A stretch of DNA of 63,984 nucleotides, counting the filler, from Cladosporium halotolerans (Eukaryota), in assembly GCF_011745625.1 (NCBI RefSeq). It is 5 parts of 5 records of this genome, joined end to end, with 100 filler letters (N's around TTAATTAATTAA, not from the genome) between each part and the next. Parts side by side here need not be neighbours in the genome. Positions count along the whole stretch, not along the records: positions 60,868 to 63,984 come from NW_027191731.1; 4 more parts are not named here. One strand, 5' to 3'. Position numbers and translations under genes: made by a program. The notes under the pieces were generated by a model, which saw only the letters and a program-made list of their open reading frames with translations, was not told the origin of the DNA and did not search any database. Positions 62,190-63,984 of the stretch are shown in pieces. The first letter of the stretch is position 1; every line of letters begins with the position of its first letter.

Positions 62190-63035
62190 CACCTGCTTTC
62201 TTTCCTGACTTCCTCCCTGCCTTCCTCCCTGCCTTCCTCCCTGCCTTCCGAACTGACGTCCTTCCTACCCTTTCCCTGCCTCGTCGCGGTCGTCTTTCGC
62301 GCCTTCTTGTTGCCAGCTTCTTTGTCGCCTGCCTTGCCTCCTCTTCCTCCGTGCCCAATCCCTTTTTTGGCCCGTTCCTCACCCTTTCCTTGCCTCCCTG
62401 CACTCTTCCCTTTCCCTTTTCTTCCCTTTCTTTCCGTCCGCTTCCATGCCTTTCCTCCCGCCTTTCACTCTGACCGCTTCTCTGCCTCCTCTTTACCTTC
62501 GTTTCCTGCCTCTTTCCCTGCCTTCCACTCTGATCTCTTTCCCAGCCTTCTCCCTGCGTCTGCCCTGCCGGCTGACCTGCCTCCTTTTGTTTTGTGCCCC
62601 CTACCTTTCTTGGCCCCTTCGCAGCCCTTTTCTCGCCCTCCTTTCCATTTTCTTTTTTCTAACTTATTCCTCTTGCCTTCCTTGCCTTCCTTGCCTTCTT
62701 CCTTTCTGCACTCTTCTCTTCCTTTTCACTACTCTTCCTTTCACTACTCTTCCTTTCCTTCCTATTTCTGACTTGTCCTTTTCCTGCACTGCTCCCTTGC
62801 CTTCTGTTTCCCTTCTTCCCGCCATCTTTCCTGCCTTCTTCCATATCTTCTAGTCCAGCCTCTTCCAATCTTGGTTCCGTCTTGGCCTCCTTCTCCTGTC
62901 GTCACTTACTACTAGAGTACCTCCTTCCAGCCTTTCTTTTCTTTATCTCTTCTTCCTTCCTTCCTTCCTTCCTTTCACTTTCCTTCCTTCCTTCCTCCCT
63001 TCCTTCCTCCCTTCTTTCTCCCTCCCAACCACCTA
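62190..63035. repeat. Long polypyrimidine/polypurine low-complexity tract
   Basis: About 850 bp dominated by C/T on the + strand, with CCTTCCTCCCTG, CCTTCCTTG, TTTCACTACTCTTCC and (CCTT)n units. Confidence 0.9.
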
Positions 63036-63984
63036 CCTCCTCGAGAGCAATCAGTCAGCGGTCTGCCTCGACATCACGGCGCGATGACACTGCTTTCTAC
63101 ACAGCGCACTACTGCGGGATGCCGTGAGCTGAAGCAGAGAAGAGCTTGAGATCAACGTCGGCACTTCACTTCCGCGCATTCGTGTCGTCTGGAATACGGA
63201 TAAACGAACCGTGAGTCGAGATCGTCGTAGCACGGCACAGAAGCATACGGCATGCCGTACAGCAGGACGCAAAATAACAAGTCATGGACAGGAGCAAAGC
63301 AGCACCGAGAAGCGTCGTCGAGCATGCCACGACACCATACAATACGCCCTGTCACGGCACCGTATGGTGCACCGAGTCAACGTGCAACGAAATCGAAATC
63401 GCCAGTCTGGTGCTTCATCTTTCCCCTCGCCTTTCCAAACCGCCGTGGGGATAGACGGACGCTGCCTGCGAGCGAACGGCCGATCACGCTGTCAGCTATG
63501 GCGGTTGATCCACAGACGTCCAAACCCCGGGTCAGCAAGACCACTCTTGCTGCCCTGCCCGCAGATGCAAAACAGCAGCGTGTGACCCTCCTCAGTGAGA
63601 GCCGTCCAACACATCACCAATGCAGTTCGACAGGGGAGAGCCCGAATAACCCGAGGCGGGCAGGAAGATCGACAGCGGCCGTGGCGTGTTCACCCCTTGC
63701 CCCTTTGTACAAGTGGGGGTTTGATAATACCTCGGTCAAGGACTGAACGCTGACGAACCTCTCGCAGACTATCGGCGTGGTCGCGAAAGCGTTGATGTGC
63801 CACGACATATGCGGTTGCATGCGCTGATTTTGAGGGTTGCTCAAGGCCAGAAGCGATGGTACTTTGCGACTGCAGGGCTTCCCTCTATTGTGGCCAATAA
63901 CGCCGTCCGACCTCGCCGCTGCAGAGCCTCCGTACGGATGCTGGTTGACCTTGCCCAACCATCATAGCACATGGCTCTCCGGTG

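Noticed and set aside
62156..63127. F/L/P/S-rich ORFs
   Set aside because: Artefacts of the polypyrimidine tract, which lacks stop codons on the + strand.
1..63984. Starship element
   Set aside because: No DUF3435 tyrosine-recombinase captain or other hallmark gene is recognisable, and the contigs are not contiguous.

Overview
Filamentous-ascomycete DNA with GT..AG introns and RIP-like relics; a Dothideomycete is only a guess. The window is not one locus. It is five contigs joined by 100-bp N-TTAATTAATTAA-N linkers, and the contig sizes fall in order (>=15668, 15445, 14851, 14503 bp), as in a size-sorted pseudo-scaffold of unplaced contigs. The content looks like accessory genome. Mobile DNA includes pogo/Fot1-like and hAT transposons and a probable LINE tail. 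Divergent copies or fragments of core regulators include RPA12, an FTF-family Zn2Cys6 factor, a catalytically dead Fus3/Pmk1-type MAPK, a bZIP, a YTH domain and a SKP1-like gene. Ordinary genes include a kelch-TM protein, tannase, a C6 factor, a GH18 chitinase, an F-box/LRR protein, an amino-acid permease and an MFS transporter. The strongest leads are four. (1) TA-ACGT pogo-type termini that appear to bound 4-5 kb units carrying cargo genes and a conserved small accessory ORF. (2) An intact MAPK pseudokinase next to the FTF-like factor. (3) A secreted protein with a Kex2-processed preprotoxin-like layout. (4) A cluster of CGTAT motifs around a Upc2-like C6/RTA1/tannase module. No Starship captain gene was seen. 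Family assignments come from motif recognition by eye, not from database searches.
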